Assembly (NCBI GenBank): GCA_034780895.1 | Contig: JAUZTB010000057.1 | Location: 21,114,443-21,178,442, forward strand | DNA length: 64,000 bases | Origin: Rhynchobatus australiae | Taxonomy: Eukaryota | Direction: 5' to 3' | Shown: one piece after another, positions 1 through 13,439 of the stretch | Numbering within the stretch: the first letter of the stretch is position 1 | Layout: the number at the start of each line of letters is the position of its first letter | Notes under the pieces: generated by a model | Told to the model about the DNA's origin: nothing | Databases searched by the model: none | What the model saw: only the letters and a program-made list of their open reading frames with translations | Translations under genes and position numbers: made by a program

Positions 1-3000
1 CGACTGTAATCAGGATTGGTGCTCTGTTAACTCTGTGGATTTTGTTCAAGGGTTAATTACAAAATAAATAAATGATAAACAAGGGTTATTTCTCAAATCA
101 CAGCTTAACTATAATACTGTTGCACAACTGTACACATGCAGCAATAAATATTTAGTGATTTGAACAATTAGGTCATTCTTACTGTATTGTGTCCAATTTG
201 AAAACTTGTTTAATATTTATGAAGTGAAGTATTATTCAATCCAGAGCAACTCAGTGTGTTGGAATAAATTTGTCATTTACTAAAGATTATTAAGATGCTT
301 CAATATTACTATTTGGTATCGGCAGCAACTTTTCCCTGCCAACCCCCTCCATCTCCCCTTTGTGCCTGTAATGGTGCCAGGAAATCATTTGCAAGCTTGT
401 AAATCTTTAGCTACAAGTCCCAACTCGACTACCATGCAGCATGAGTGAAAGTGACCATATTCTTGCCGTGTCTCTGAGCATTTATTCCAATATCCAGTTC
501 CACTGCTGGACAACAGATCTGGTTAAATCTCATTCAGTCCTTCACTAACTAGACAGTTACAACTTAATTTTACCAGCCCTGCTGTTGGTCCATTCAAGGT
601 TTGCCATCCAGGTAGAATGAATGAGTTTAATTCACGAGCTTCTATCCATCTCGAACAGTGACACTCCAGAAAAGACCTTTTTGTATCACCCTACTTATAA
701 ACTGTTCTCAATCATGTTTAAATGTTTGCTCAGCCTTCAGCAAAATCCTATATTTTGCCAAGTCAAAATCACTTTCATCAACGTTAAGTCTGTCTGTTTA
801 TCTAAAATGTTGGAATTAGACAATAAGAACAATGCGGTAATTTAACTTGTGTTCACAATGAATACAGCAGAAAATGTCTGCAACTGTAACTGTACCCATG
901 CCAGTATGGGGAAAAAATGTTTATTGAGATTTACAACATGGAGCCTCAAAGCTGAGGATGGCTTTGCTGTTTAACACTATTGTTGCTCCTCTGGCTTGGC
1001 TGGTTACAGCACTTAATAGCTGAAGTATACAGACAGAAAGGTGCCAGATTCACTCCCTTATCTCAGCCAGTTCCACTTGGTCTCTCAATTCAGTTTTGTT
1101 TCTGTGGTGATGAAGCAACACTGGGTAGAGTCCAATGCTGATGGCAAATACCCAGCATTGCTGGCATTGTACCCTCTGTCAACATTGAATGAAGTGGCAA
1201 CTGCTTAATCTAAATTCTTTTCTCTTTACCTTTTAATGTTCTTTGTTTACATTTTCTGATTTTGTTTCTAGATTTCCTGTCTGAGTAACTTTCCATTTTC
1301 TTTCTTATGCAGTCTTGTCCAAGAACTGGCAAACATTTCCGGCTCTGCTCCCCCACCCCCCTAACAGCACTCCCAAGTAGTCTTTGCTTCCCTATTGAAA
1401 TGGATGATTTAATGATCTGTGATTTACCTATACACAGTGTGGGTATTCTTTCTCTGAGTCTGTATTTATACTCGTACACACTCTCTGTGTCTCCCTCATC
1501 CCACTTTCATTTTTGCAGTGATTTTCCATGTGGGCCAAAGTTTAATGAGTCCTCGTCTTCCTCTAGGCATTGTTGAGCTCTTTAATGGGCCTTTTCCTGA
1601 TTGCTCTTCCTGTTGATACAACTTTCTGCATTGTTCTGTTATAAAGTTCCAGAACAGCACTTTGCAGACTTTTTTAAAATGCAGTTTAGGGGAGAGAATC
1701 TTTTGAACTTAATGCTTGACTTTTCTTTGTCACAGGCAGAGCTTTGTCTAGTCTGAGGAGAACGTGACTAGTTGGTGTGATTTCACACATCTCTTTTAAC
1801 TAAGCATGGAAATACACAAATATAAATTATTAACAGAAATCGGAAATTACAATCAAATGGAGCTTCTATTGCTTCCAGTCTTTATTCCTCAGTTTAATGT
1901 TGTCATTAAGTATCCAGGTGGGGCTTCTAGCTGTATGTCAGGTCCCTATCTTAACCACTTCATGCCAACTTCTGTTTTTATGATAAATCCATAAAAAAAC
2001 ATGTGGAAACTTTGTACTGTTTCAAACAAAAGAATTGGAAAAATTGGAATGATTATTGATTTTAGTTTTGTGTTTGTAATATTCATGGGAACCAGGAAAT
2101 GCCGAGGCTGGTGCAACTTGAAAACTGGCTCAGAGCACTCCTTATTTCAACTAAGTTCTCAGAAAACCAGCAGATTATTTATGTTCATCTCTTAAGGACA
2201 ATGTCTGTGGTCAGTTACCCATATATTATTCATTACCAGGCTGTACAATTTATGTAGCCAAGTGAAATAATGAATTTTGTTTATTTTGTGTCTTTCACAA
2301 CTTCAGGATATTGCAAAGCACTGAACAGGCCCATGAAGTACTTTTGACGTGTAGTCACTATAGTGTGGGATGATGTGATGCAAAGGCCAGTTGAAAGCTT
2401 GGCAAAATTTGGTGACCTGGTAGAGAAGGGATTGAAGTGGTCTGTCTCTCTGAGCATTGTTGCTCAAAAGATCTGTAGAGACAACATTGGCACTGCACAG
2501 TCCATAACCATTTAAACTAAACCTCCAGCCAGTGTAACAAGGCCCAAGCAGAGCACAGGTAATTAGAAATGAAACACCGACACAGATAATAATAGTTACA
2601 AAATCATTTTGTGCAAGTATTACAGTCATTAGCAGCCCTGAGGGCCTCATTATTACCATAGCCAAGTACCGCAGTGCTGCTGTTGCCCATAATGTCCTTC
2701 AAAACAATTTTATTGAAGTGTTAGGAACCCAACCTTTACATCAGGTTTGTTGTGTTTTCCATTTCAGTTTGGCAATTAACTTTGTGTTGTATTCGAGAAA
2801 CAATGAAGCTATGTCAAGTGTTAAGTCTTTCTAGCTTTTGTATCGGACCTGTAAATATCTCCATTTCATTAGAGATATTATTCATATATTAATGNNNNNN
2901 NNNNGCTGTGTATTTTAATTCTGATGAGGTATTTCTATGCATAGTGTTGACAGATTGGTTATCTTGTAGTTTATTGTCCTTTCAGTTGAAAATCCTTAAA

Positions 3001-3799
3001 TAACATACAACCCAATGCGAGGCATCAGCTAAAGCCTTAAAATGTAGTCATGTAAATTAATTTGCTCGTGTTGTATGATGGTAGCACAGCTGGTCTCATT
3101 AGCATGCACATAACAAATAATTAGAGCTGAATTTTTCGCTGGCCTGCCTCCTGGGCTCACTGGGTTAATTATGTCAAAGCATAATTACACTGCCCCTAGG
3201 AGACATAATGGCATACCCTGCTGAGCAGGGCCCTGCTAATGATGGCGTAAAACTGACAGCGAAAAGACTTGCAGCTCTGCATGCAGCTGCTTACCTCTAT
3301 TATCCATACATCTATCTGCATTTAAATAAACAAATATTATCAGTTGCACTCTGCATTAAAAAGCAAACTGCTTAAAATAACTGCAAATTGATTAGTTAGC
3401 AACGTATGTTGGCTTGTGTTTCTGTGAGCTTTCCTCTTTAGTGTCTAGCTTTGACATGGCAATTTCCTTTGTCAGATTTCTATTATGTGACATTCTCTGC
3501 GGCCTCTTTCCAGCTTAATGCCCACTTTTCTCTCGCTGAGCTGGTCGTGTGGGCTTTGAGTTGCCTCCTGGTAGCCACTGTCTTGCCTAGGGAAGGATTG
3601 CGGGGTCGGAAGGGGGATGGGTGCACAGCCCCAAGAACCAATTTGCTTCTGCAAGCAGAAACTCAACAACTGCGGGGATCACTCCATCAACAGGCTGGAG
3701 GGAGCTTGTAGATGAGTGTAGTTTGATTTGAATGCTGCCCCTGTGATCAGGAGTGTGTTTTCCTACAATGAGAATAATTAGTGTAAACCTCCTTCAACT

Positions 3800-5390
3800 T
3801 GCACAGTAAAGACAATGAGTGGTAACTAGCATTTCAGGACTTGGACACGGATTCTGCTGTGTAAGAGATTACCATTGGATTCCAATGTGATTGGAGGAAA
3901 TTGGTAATGCAAGTCAGTGTTGTGCCCCAATGAACTGAGCTGACCAACAATGCACCGATTAATGAGCCTGAGGTGCTGGTATCTGTTGTTCGAGCGGAGT
4001 GACTAAGTGGCAAATTCTGCCATCTGCACAAGTGCAACATTGACTCTAGACTCCATGATGCCTCAAGATAATAGATTCAATATGACAAAGGAAGCCTCCT
4101 GCTGACTGCTGCTTACTGCCCTCATTGGTCTGATACATCCATATTTCCTTTAAAACACAACTTAGTAAAAGCAATGATATTAGCAACGGGAAAAATTGTA
4201 ATCTGGATGGGGCACCTTAATGTCCATCGACAAGAGTGGCATGGAAACACCATTGCTGGCGAAGCTGGCTGGGAACTGAATGATATAGTTACCAGAATGG
4301 GCCTCAGTAGAAAGAGTAAGTGCGAGCACAGATTGCAGTGAGAACTTTGGTTCTGATGACATTGTGATCACATGCACAAAAACTATCTGTGCCTCTCAGC
4401 AGTCTGTTTCATTATAGCTACAATACCGGCATTTCCCTGACAAAGTGGAAGATTGCTCAGGTGTACCCTGTGCACAAAGACCAAGATGTGCCTCTGCAAT
4501 TTTCAGCTACAGGTTAAACTCTCTGGTCTGGCATCCTTGGGACCTGACTGGTGCCAGACCACAGAAACTGAACCCCAATCGTCTTCCTCTGAGCAAGAGA
4601 ACTGTTCTTTCTAAGTATAGACTTAACGGGTCACGTAAGATTTCCGGGAACTGTCGGTAACCTGAAGTTTCCGTAAGTCAAAATGGCTGTTGGCTGAGAT
4701 CACTAAAGTTGCACTGGCAGGTTAATTAGCTGCAGGTTGATGCAGATCTTGGTAATCTTGGATCTTAGCATTAGTTAATTAGAACAAATCTGTACAACAG
4801 ATTCAAAACCTGCCAGACCACATAATGCTGGACCAGAGAGATTCAACCTGAATTCACTGTATCATCAATCTTCTCTCGGCAGTGAGTCACTCACCTCTGA
4901 CACCACAATACCTTCCTACAAGGCACAAGTCTGGACTGTGATGAAGTAGCCTTCACTTGCCTCTCAATACTCCAGAAACTTTATCACACAAGGCAAAACA
5001 ACTTGATTAGTAGCTCATCCTCCACCTTGAAGCTTTCACTTTGTTGACTACTGATGGCTGTTGTGTTTACAGCAACAAGGTGTATTATCAAGTTGCCAAA
5101 ATCAACATGCTTCTTCAGCTGCACCTCCCAACTCATGACCTTGTCCACCTAGAAGAACAAGGATAGTGGGTGTATGTTAGTGTCACCAATCCCAAGTTTC
5201 ACTGCATGTAACACAGTGCTGATTTGGATATTTGTCACTATTGTGTTCACTATAGCTGGATCTCGTCACCCGTTATTAACACTATGAGATCCTATTTACC
5301 ATGAGAACTGCAATAGTTCAATACATCATTGTCACTACCTGCTAGGGCATTTGGGGAGATCAATAAATACTGGTCCTGCAAGTGTTTGAA
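3800..5390 (+). mobile_element. Heavily decayed CR1/L2-class LINE, interrupted by a MITE
   Basis: An endonuclease-like remnant (cctgctgactgctgcttactgccctc) and a 3' UTR (…gggcatttggggagatcaataaatactggtcc) related to the LINE 3' ends at 8240-8410, 30507-30680 and 59530-59790. Confidence 0.55.
4510..4850. mobile_element. Tigger/pogo-like (Tc1-mariner superfamily) MITE
   Basis: Terminal inverted repeats caggttaaactctctggtctggcat (4510) and atgctggaccagagagattcaacctg (ending 4850); TA immediately 5'; 341 bp; no ORF. Confidence 0.7.
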
Positions 5391-8239
5391 TGAGAGAGAA
5401 GAGGCTTCAGAGTCACCTGAGTAATCTTGCAACATGTTGTGAAGCTCCCTTAGTGTGTAATAAGACAATGAAAACGTTAAATATATTAATACATGACAAC
5501 TCATTTATTAAAAATCTGATTTTAGAATTTGCCTATAGTGGTTAGCATTAAAATAGTATGTTCAAACACAGTTTATTTGAAAATAAATTTCACATTCAGA
5601 ACAACACAAACTTAATTTTGGTTTTACTTTTGGCATTGTAATGGTTATTTGAAAAGAGTTTAATAAAATGCTTCATGGTTTGGATGACTGGAGCATGAGT
5701 TTGCATGTCTTTGCTGTCTTGGTCCCTGACTGTCCAGATTTGATTGGAATTTTCCATCTTTGATTAAGGTTTGTCATATCCAATTAGGCATCTTTCTGTC
5801 TGGTAATTAAGACAAGTAGGTGGAGTACAAATTTGTGTAACTAACAATGAACCAATCAGTACCACAGTCCAGTTTCTTCACAGCAACAGGACTTCTAAAG
5901 GCAAACCCAATTAACCATTAACTCCGAGACTGAAAAATAATGCAGAAAATGTGTACAGTCTAAAAAAAAATGTAAAATGAGCTTTTTAATCACTTCACAC
6001 CTGGTTTACAGTACATAACATTTGCTTCATTTGCAAGTGAAGAATTGACTATATATGTACTTTTTTAAAACTGCTTTATAATCCTCCTGTATAAGGTTTG
6101 ACTAAAGTATAGCTTAAGCTTCATTTGGCTTTCTACTGCACTCTGCCTTCTTGTACAGTCTCTAACCTTCTGATCTGTGTGGCATTCTGTCAATCAAGAC
6201 TATAATTTAACAGAGACTTTGATTAGAAAATCTATTCGACGGCACAGAGGTCCACAGATAGTAAATTTCACCAGATATAGTATAATAGTTTTTCATTCTG
6301 TCTCTGGANNNNNNNNNNNNNNNNNNNNNNNNNNNNNNNTCAGATTTGAAGCCTCAGTGCAATTTTTATTCTCTCTGTTCCCAGGGGAACATATGTAGAT
6401 GTGCAAATAGACACCAAAGTGTGCTTGTGCATAGATTCTCTGCTCTGGGCTCTAGCACCTCATTAAATATGCAGTTTAAAAACAACCATAGCTGTTGATG
6501 TGGTTTGGGTGCAGTTTAATAAAGATAACAATTAAGATCTCTTCAATCAAGTTTAAGTCCTCTTTAATGAAAATATTTTTAATTAATTTATTTCTCATCC
6601 AAAAACTAAACTCAAACGACATTTTTAGTGACACCTATTTCAAATGGATGGTTGCCCATTCACCCCCTAAAAAATCTTATAAAAGGAGAGTTCTTGTCAG
6701 AGCTAAGCTGGTCATATGGCAGCCTGTCACATGCAGGAAGATGTTGATGTATCCCACTTTCTGTTGATGTGATTTTTTGCTTTTTCTCCGTGGGTTGGTT
6801 CAACGTCAATTAGAAATTGAGTTTGATCAATATGGTGCAAAGTTAGAGTGAAAGTTAGACTTGCTGGTGGTCAGACAGTTGAAGTTTTTATTTGTTTACT
6901 CATTCATAGAATATGGATCTTGCTGGAAATGCTGATGTTTATTGTCCATCCCTTATTGTCCCTGCACTAAAAATCCATCAAGAGTCTGCCACTGTGAGTG
7001 CGTCTGGAGTTGTGTATGGGCCAGACCAGTTAAGAACGATAGATTTCCTGCCCAAAGTACCGCAGTCGGTAATTCCATGGTTACCACTGCCGAGGCGGGT
7101 GTTTTTTTTTAAATTCCAGGATTACTTATTTCTTTGACTTCAAATTCCACAGCTGCCTTGATGGGATTTGATTTCATGTTTCTGGATCTATGATCCAGAA
7201 CAGTGGCTAATCCAGTAACTTAACCACTACCCCACTGTACCCCCATGTTCTGCAAACATGTTGACATGTTGAGCACAGTTTTTTTTCCAGATCATTATAT
7301 CATACAGCTAAGGTACTGCCAAAATTACAATATTGCTGATTTCACATAATCTACCATAAAGGATTGGATCATCTGATCCACTCCTGCTTCTGAGATTTCT
7401 GACTAGTCCCAGGATCTCTGGCCAACATCTCAGCCTCTCTTGGGGTTTTGTTTTTGCCCACCCAAGGCCAGACTCCAGGCTTGCCTCTTTCTGCAGCAAA
7501 CAAAGCCAATCTTGTCCCTGGAATAGAGCAAAGAATTACTGTGTATCAAGGGATTGGAGGGGGAGAACTAAGATGAAACAGTCATTGACTCAATTTAATA
7601 CCATGATTTAAATTGTTTTTAAAGATGTATTAAAAGTGTTTATGTAAATAGGCTATTTGCCCCTAGGAATGGATATGCCTACTAACTTTTGCAAATTACT
7701 GCAAAGAATAAAAAGTAAATTTACTTTTCTGCAGTTTTATGTATCTTGTCTGCAATTCAGAGCAGTTTCTTTTAAATTATCCCACAACTTAGATAGGGCC
7801 TTAATTATAGTTTAGCTTTATTTGCTTGAAACCTGATCTCCAGGAAGTAACTGGAAACAAACAGCCCCAATAGTTTAACATGCTGTTTCACATGTTTAAC
7901 AGCATGACCTACTAGCCTTGTCACAGGAAAGAGAAGATGCTTGAAGTGACTACAGAGGACATGAATCAACTCTAAAATTGCTTTTAGTTTTGGTGTGACT
8001 TCTGGAGGGTAACTCCAGAGTCACATTCTCACCTGTTATGCACCTATCTGCATGCACAAGCTGTCCTTAACAATGTGGCCACAGCCATGCATGTACCAGG
8101 TTCAGTAAGATAAGTAGCCACCATAATTTCCCAGGGGAAAAACTGGTTGTCCTAATTGCCAGTCTTTCTATAACTGTCAGCTGATTTTTCATTTAAACCT
8201 CATTTGCCGGAAAAAAAAACTATTGCTATTTCTTTATCA

Positions 8240-8415
8240 TCACTGAATCTAAATCTGGGAACTCCCCACCCAACATGATTGCAGAAGTACTTTCACCAAA
8301 TAGACTGCGGCAGTTCAAGAAGGCACCCTGCTGCCACTGCCACAGCCTTGTAGAAATGTAGAGCTTTATAATGAATGCTCACCTTGCCACTGACACCCAC
8401 TTCCCACAAATGAAG
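8240..8415 (+). mobile_element. CR1/L2-class LINE 3' end
   Basis: gactgcggcagttcaagaaggc...aatgctcaccttgccactgacacccac is shared with copies at 30507-30680 and 59530-59790. Confidence 0.6.
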
Positions 8416-8856
8416 TTGTGCCAAAAACAACTTCAATTACTGCTGTAACTTCATCAAATTTTATTTTTGAGGCATGTTTTGTCAGCATCTGCATCTAAGA
8501 GGATCGAAAGGGTGTCTTGTGATTTGAATAATTATTTGAAAGCTATTTGCTCTACTCTAAAGATGCATTCGGGTACGCAGATAGGTAGAGTATTGAAACT
8601 TTCATTCCAGGGAGATGGATGAAATAGAAAACATCTTTTATGGGAAGGGACTAGTTATTAAAGTAACAGTTGAAAAGCTGGCTGGCATTTATGAAATAAG
8701 GATTCTTTCAAAAGCCAACCATTTTGCCTCATTCTTACTGAAGATTGACAACCTGTATTTCTCTTTTGAAATCTCTCTTTGAAACTATCTAAATATTGGT
8801 ATAATTATAATTGTCAGCTTACTCCATAAAGACCTTTTTGTAATAACTCTTTCCAG

Positions 8857-8994
8857 ACCCTGCCCCTTCTCTTGAAGTAGCTCGAAATCTGGAGGAGAAG
8901 CTGCTCCAACTCCAGCACAATGAAGCAGAGACTCAAATAGAGAAGGAGATCTTCAAGCACTGTAAGAAGCAATCTGAGCTGCTCAGCTGCGAAG
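8857..8994 (+). CDS. CUX2: CUX2 exon (~exon 5)
   Basis: ctctttccag|ac...gaag|gtaaat; 138 nt, phase 1-1. Reads (D)PAPSLEVARNLEEKLLQLQ...KKQSELLSCE, aligning with CUX2 DPVPVFEAARSLDDRLQ...ELLS. Confidence 0.88.
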
Positions 8995-9959
8995 GTAAAT
9001 GGTAAACTCCAGATGAATAGTAAATAAAATGGGTACGTGATTCTCAATGAACTGTCTGCAGGATCTGCACTTTTAAAAGTTGTGTATGGTTAAATGGTTT
9101 CTGTATTGTGAAAAGATTCTGGAGACTGATGTGCAAGTATCAGTTCATAATTTTTTTTCAATGTATTGATCATTTTCTACCGTTACTTAAATTATCAAAT
9201 GAGGCACGCCATCGTGAAAGGTCAAGTAGCTGTTTACGTGGACGGGCCTCTTCACAGCCTCGAGTGAGAGTTCAGACTAAGTGTTATAATGGATGTTCTT
9301 CTGCACTGATTACAGTGAAATCTTCTGAAGCCAGCAACTTTTCCAGGGCTCTTATATTGCCATGGGTTCAAAGGATACCATATACCATTTTCATCCAACT
9401 GTATGCCGCTGTGCCCCCAACATTGGTAGGTCAAACTTAGAGGCAAGACCGGATTCACACAAACATTGGTAGAGAATATTGGCTGACAGTCATGTTCACA
9501 CCGTCATTTCCTGGTTGGGATGTGAGAACATGTAACAGCTTGGGACCAATGAGAAGGAGTATGTAGGCTTAACCAAGCCTTGATTACCTTCATCTTATTC
9601 AGATACATTGTCAAAGTTGCAGGTGAGAGCCTGTTCAGGTTATTTACAAATTGGTGGTATACTGGGCACGTTTGGGTCTGGAAAGGGGCAACGTGACATT
9701 AGTCAACTCGTTGGATTTTTTAGAAGTTATAGAGATTTTTTATAATTTTCTGGTATTGGCCCAAATGTTACCAGAATTAAATATGACAACTTGCTTGTGG
9801 GCTTTGAATTGCAGCTCCTGGGTTGCTGGCCCAATGCTATAATGACGCATGAAACCAAGATCTTTGTCTTTCACCAAAGGCTAAAGTTCTGTTCTTTGAG
9901 GTGTAGATATTTGTTCAGTGATGCACCAGCCCATGAGCATTAAATGTCACTTTCTAAAT

Positions 9960-10530
9960 TGAAGCCCATGTCTTAAACACTTGGGTAAACTTACATTTAT
10001 TTCTTCACCACAAACCAACACAAATATTAATATCATTCTCAAACCTGCAGATCATTCCAATCAGCACCTTTGTCCAGCTCATTGATGCAGATGGTAAAGA
10101 TTAATGACTCCATAACTCTGATTCCCAAACAGACTCTCAACGAGTGCTAATGTCTTTTGACCTTCAGCCAATTCTATACCAATTGGAATAGCTTCCTACT
10201 AATTAAATGAACTACTGTGAGGTACCTTACCAAATGCTTTATGAAAATCCAAGTGGACTTAAGTTATTTACTCATTAACAGGGAACCTTCTTCAAAATAA
10301 TCAAATTAGTAAGACACGGCCCTCCTTTTATAGAAGCTGTATCAAGTGCCCATTTGATAACTTCTTCATTATTAGGGTGATGTTGTATAATATTAATGAT
10401 CCATTCAAACCTCTTTTCTGAAATTTAAGTTGTGTTAATAGGCCACAGTTCTGTGGTTCTGCCTTGTCCCTGTCTTCGCAAACCAGAAGCACATCCTTTC
10501 AGACTGAGGACAGGTCCTTAATTGAGCAAA
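9960..10530 (-). mobile_element. Decayed CR1 LINE reverse transcriptase fragment
   Basis: gtgaggtaccttaccaaatgctttatgaaaatccaagt is the reverse complement of the LDFxKAFDKVPH motif region. Confidence 0.6.
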
Positions 10531-11367
10531 CAGAGATATGGGTGAGATATTTCAAAAACAAATATTCCACAAGGGTATCCTTGGCATCCATATCCTGCTA
10601 GTCATCATTATAAAAGTTCGTCATCCCCAATGGACTGCCTAGGAAGATGATGATTGGAAGGTGCTATCTTTTTAACATGATGGCCTTGATCTCCTTATTA
10701 TGACCAATCTGCTCAATGACAAATGATCTATGGAGTTTGCTTTAATGCTGAGCAGAAACGTACTTGCTCTGCGGCTCCTCTCTGCATGGAAGTTAATTCC
10801 TGTGAAGCTAGCTCTTTAGTGGTTTTCATTTTAATTAGTAATCATATTTATATGTCAATTCAAGGTAATTACTGTATCAATAAATTTATTATCATAAATG
10901 TGCTGAGCTATTAAAGCACTGATTGAACACGGATTCTACAGCTAATCAGTTATGCAGCACATAAATATTTTTAGTACAATGGAAAGATTGCATTACCTCA
11001 TTGGGATATGAACACACTAAACCAACATAACAGCCAAGTTTGTTCCCCCATGTCACCAAATGAACTGGGGTTCAAAAGCCTCTCTATTTGTAATAATATT
11101 CACAGGGGGCAGGTGTTTTGGGATAAACATAAGTTTAAATCTATTAGGGTATTGTTGCTATCTGAGGGCTATGTGTGCAATAATAATAGTGCAAAACCTT
11201 AGTCCAGCAAAAAATACCCTGATCTCCACTGGTTTCCATCTCATCAGGATTGCTAGCCTTGACTAAGTATCAAGGTATTGGATAAAACGGGCTATAGATT
11301 TGAGAATGACACCAAGCAAGATTTGTGTAGGTGTGAAGTTTAAAATACCATCCATGATCTGGTCACA

Positions 11368-11618
11368 GCAACAAACAAACTTTTGAAGGAACTCAGCAGG
11401 TAGAGCAGCATCTGTTGTGGGGGGAAGGTGGAGAGGCAGGGGAGTTTGGGGGGGGAAGGGGAGGGAATTGTCTGCATCAGAACCTGATGAGAACAATTTG
11501 ACCAAAAACATTGACAATTCCTTCCCCACCCCCCACCAGATGCTGCCCACCCTCTGAGTTTGTCCAGCAGATTGATTGTTGCTTCACATTTCAGCATCTG
11601 CAGTCTCTTGTGTTTCTG
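11368..11618. repeat. Head-to-head palindromic PLE terminal-repeat derivative
   Basis: ggaactcagcaggtagagcagcatctg ... cagatgctgcccaccctctgagttt inverted arms; tail cagcatctgcagtctcttgtgt; tgcatcag/ctgatga in the centre. Confidence 0.75.
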
Positions 11619-13439
11619 GTCATAGGATGAGTTTCAATCTTGGGATAGAATTGAGGGAATTTTCCTGCATATCTGTGCCCAAACTGGGAGTGAAATTGGT
11701 TGAGTGAAATTGCATTTGTTCTATTCTTAAAAATAAATGTTTGTTAGTAGTTTGGGACATTGGCAAGGATGGAAGTTCACTCATCTCTAGTTATTCCTGA
11801 GAAGATGTGGTGGTTGGCCTTCTACTTTTAACCGCTTTCAACTTTAGACCTCAGGAAATCTTATGGCGTCGAGACCCTCCCATCTCTTTGTGTCCTTCTG
11901 CCTCTGGTGGATGTGTCTTGCCGGTGGGACAGGACCTGGGATGTTAGCTGAAGTACGTGATATTGTAAAAGCTGCCAACAACAAGCAATTGCTTAGCTGG
12001 TTTATTTAATCTGTCAATATTGGGCTCCCTCTCCAAGGTGGNNNNNNNNNNACCACAGGCAAGCTAAACAATTGAGGCAAATATCATCTTAGCAGCTTTT
12101 CTAAGAATGCTATTATCTTGACACAGTGTATGATCAGGCACTAAAAGATTTGTAGATTTTCTGGCATGTGCTTGAAACTGAATTAGTTGATTATTTCATG
12201 GGCTATTATAATTCATTGCATGGTGTGAAACTAGTCATGGATAATCATGATCAGTGGTGCACAGCTTTTTCTCTTTGAGAATCAGATTGATAGTCCAAAT
12301 ATTTTGGAAGAACACACAAGTGAAATATGTTTTANNNNNNNNNNNNNNNNNNNNNNNNNNNNNNNNNNNNNNNNNNNNNNNNNNNNNNNNNNNNNNNNNN
12401 NNNNNNNNNNNNNNNNNNNNNNNNNNNNNNNNNNTAATTCTGCTTTGATTACAATTATAATGAACGCATGGATTTGAGAGTAATAAGTGTAGTTTATTAG
12501 GTAACCTAGGGTTTTGAATTTTTGTTTAAAATGCCATTTTCAGGACTAAAATATTAAAAAAGTGAATATTGAGAAATGTAGGCTCTCAGCTTCATATTTA
12601 TGATCAAAAAATGTATAACAACATAAAATTTTATCCCCAATGCTTTTCAGATTTGAAAAATGAATATTTACCGTGAATCATCACAGGACATGGTCCTTCC
12701 AAAAGTTAGTGGGTCGAGTGTCTTTGATTCATCTGCATCCAGTCCAGAAAGGAAAGGCAAAGTTCGTAGAAGCACAGTTGGAATGCTGGCCTTGCAGGAG
12801 ACAATTAAAGAAAAGCAGGTATTTCCTGATTTAGCAATAAGCATTCATAGCATTTTCGCAGGAAACAGTTTAGGTACTTTTTTTAGTCATAAAAGACACT
12901 TCTGAAAAAGTTTTAATGAAAAAAAATTAGTTTGTTATGTGCATTAGGAAAGTGCAAATATTAAATTTACTAACAATCTAGTTTCTAGCCATATTATTCT
13001 CAGATGGCATCAGACCAATACTGGTGGTCTTATTTAAATGGAATTATGACTTGTAGTTTTATGTATTTGACAGCCTAAGCTGCTTGTAATCATTTTTAGT
13101 TTTTATCAGTGTTGGAGACTTGAGGGCATTTTGTGTCAGTTTCCAGAAAGTCTCTCAAATCTCCCTTGCTTTGTACATTAAACATTAGTCATTTAAACAA
13201 TGCAAAATTGACCTTATTTTATCAGTCCTTTATATGCATCAACACCTATTTTTTTGTTTGGCCAAATGACTCTCTGACCACAAGAAGCACCGTCATCTTT
13301 AAATATCTCAAATCATGCCATTGGAAAGTCTGGACTTTGAGAATCTCTACTTGCCCAATATATGAGGGCTCCCTCTGCAATCACCCCTATGCTCACTCCC
13401 CAATACATGCAGACACGCACATGTACTCACTAGGCAGTT

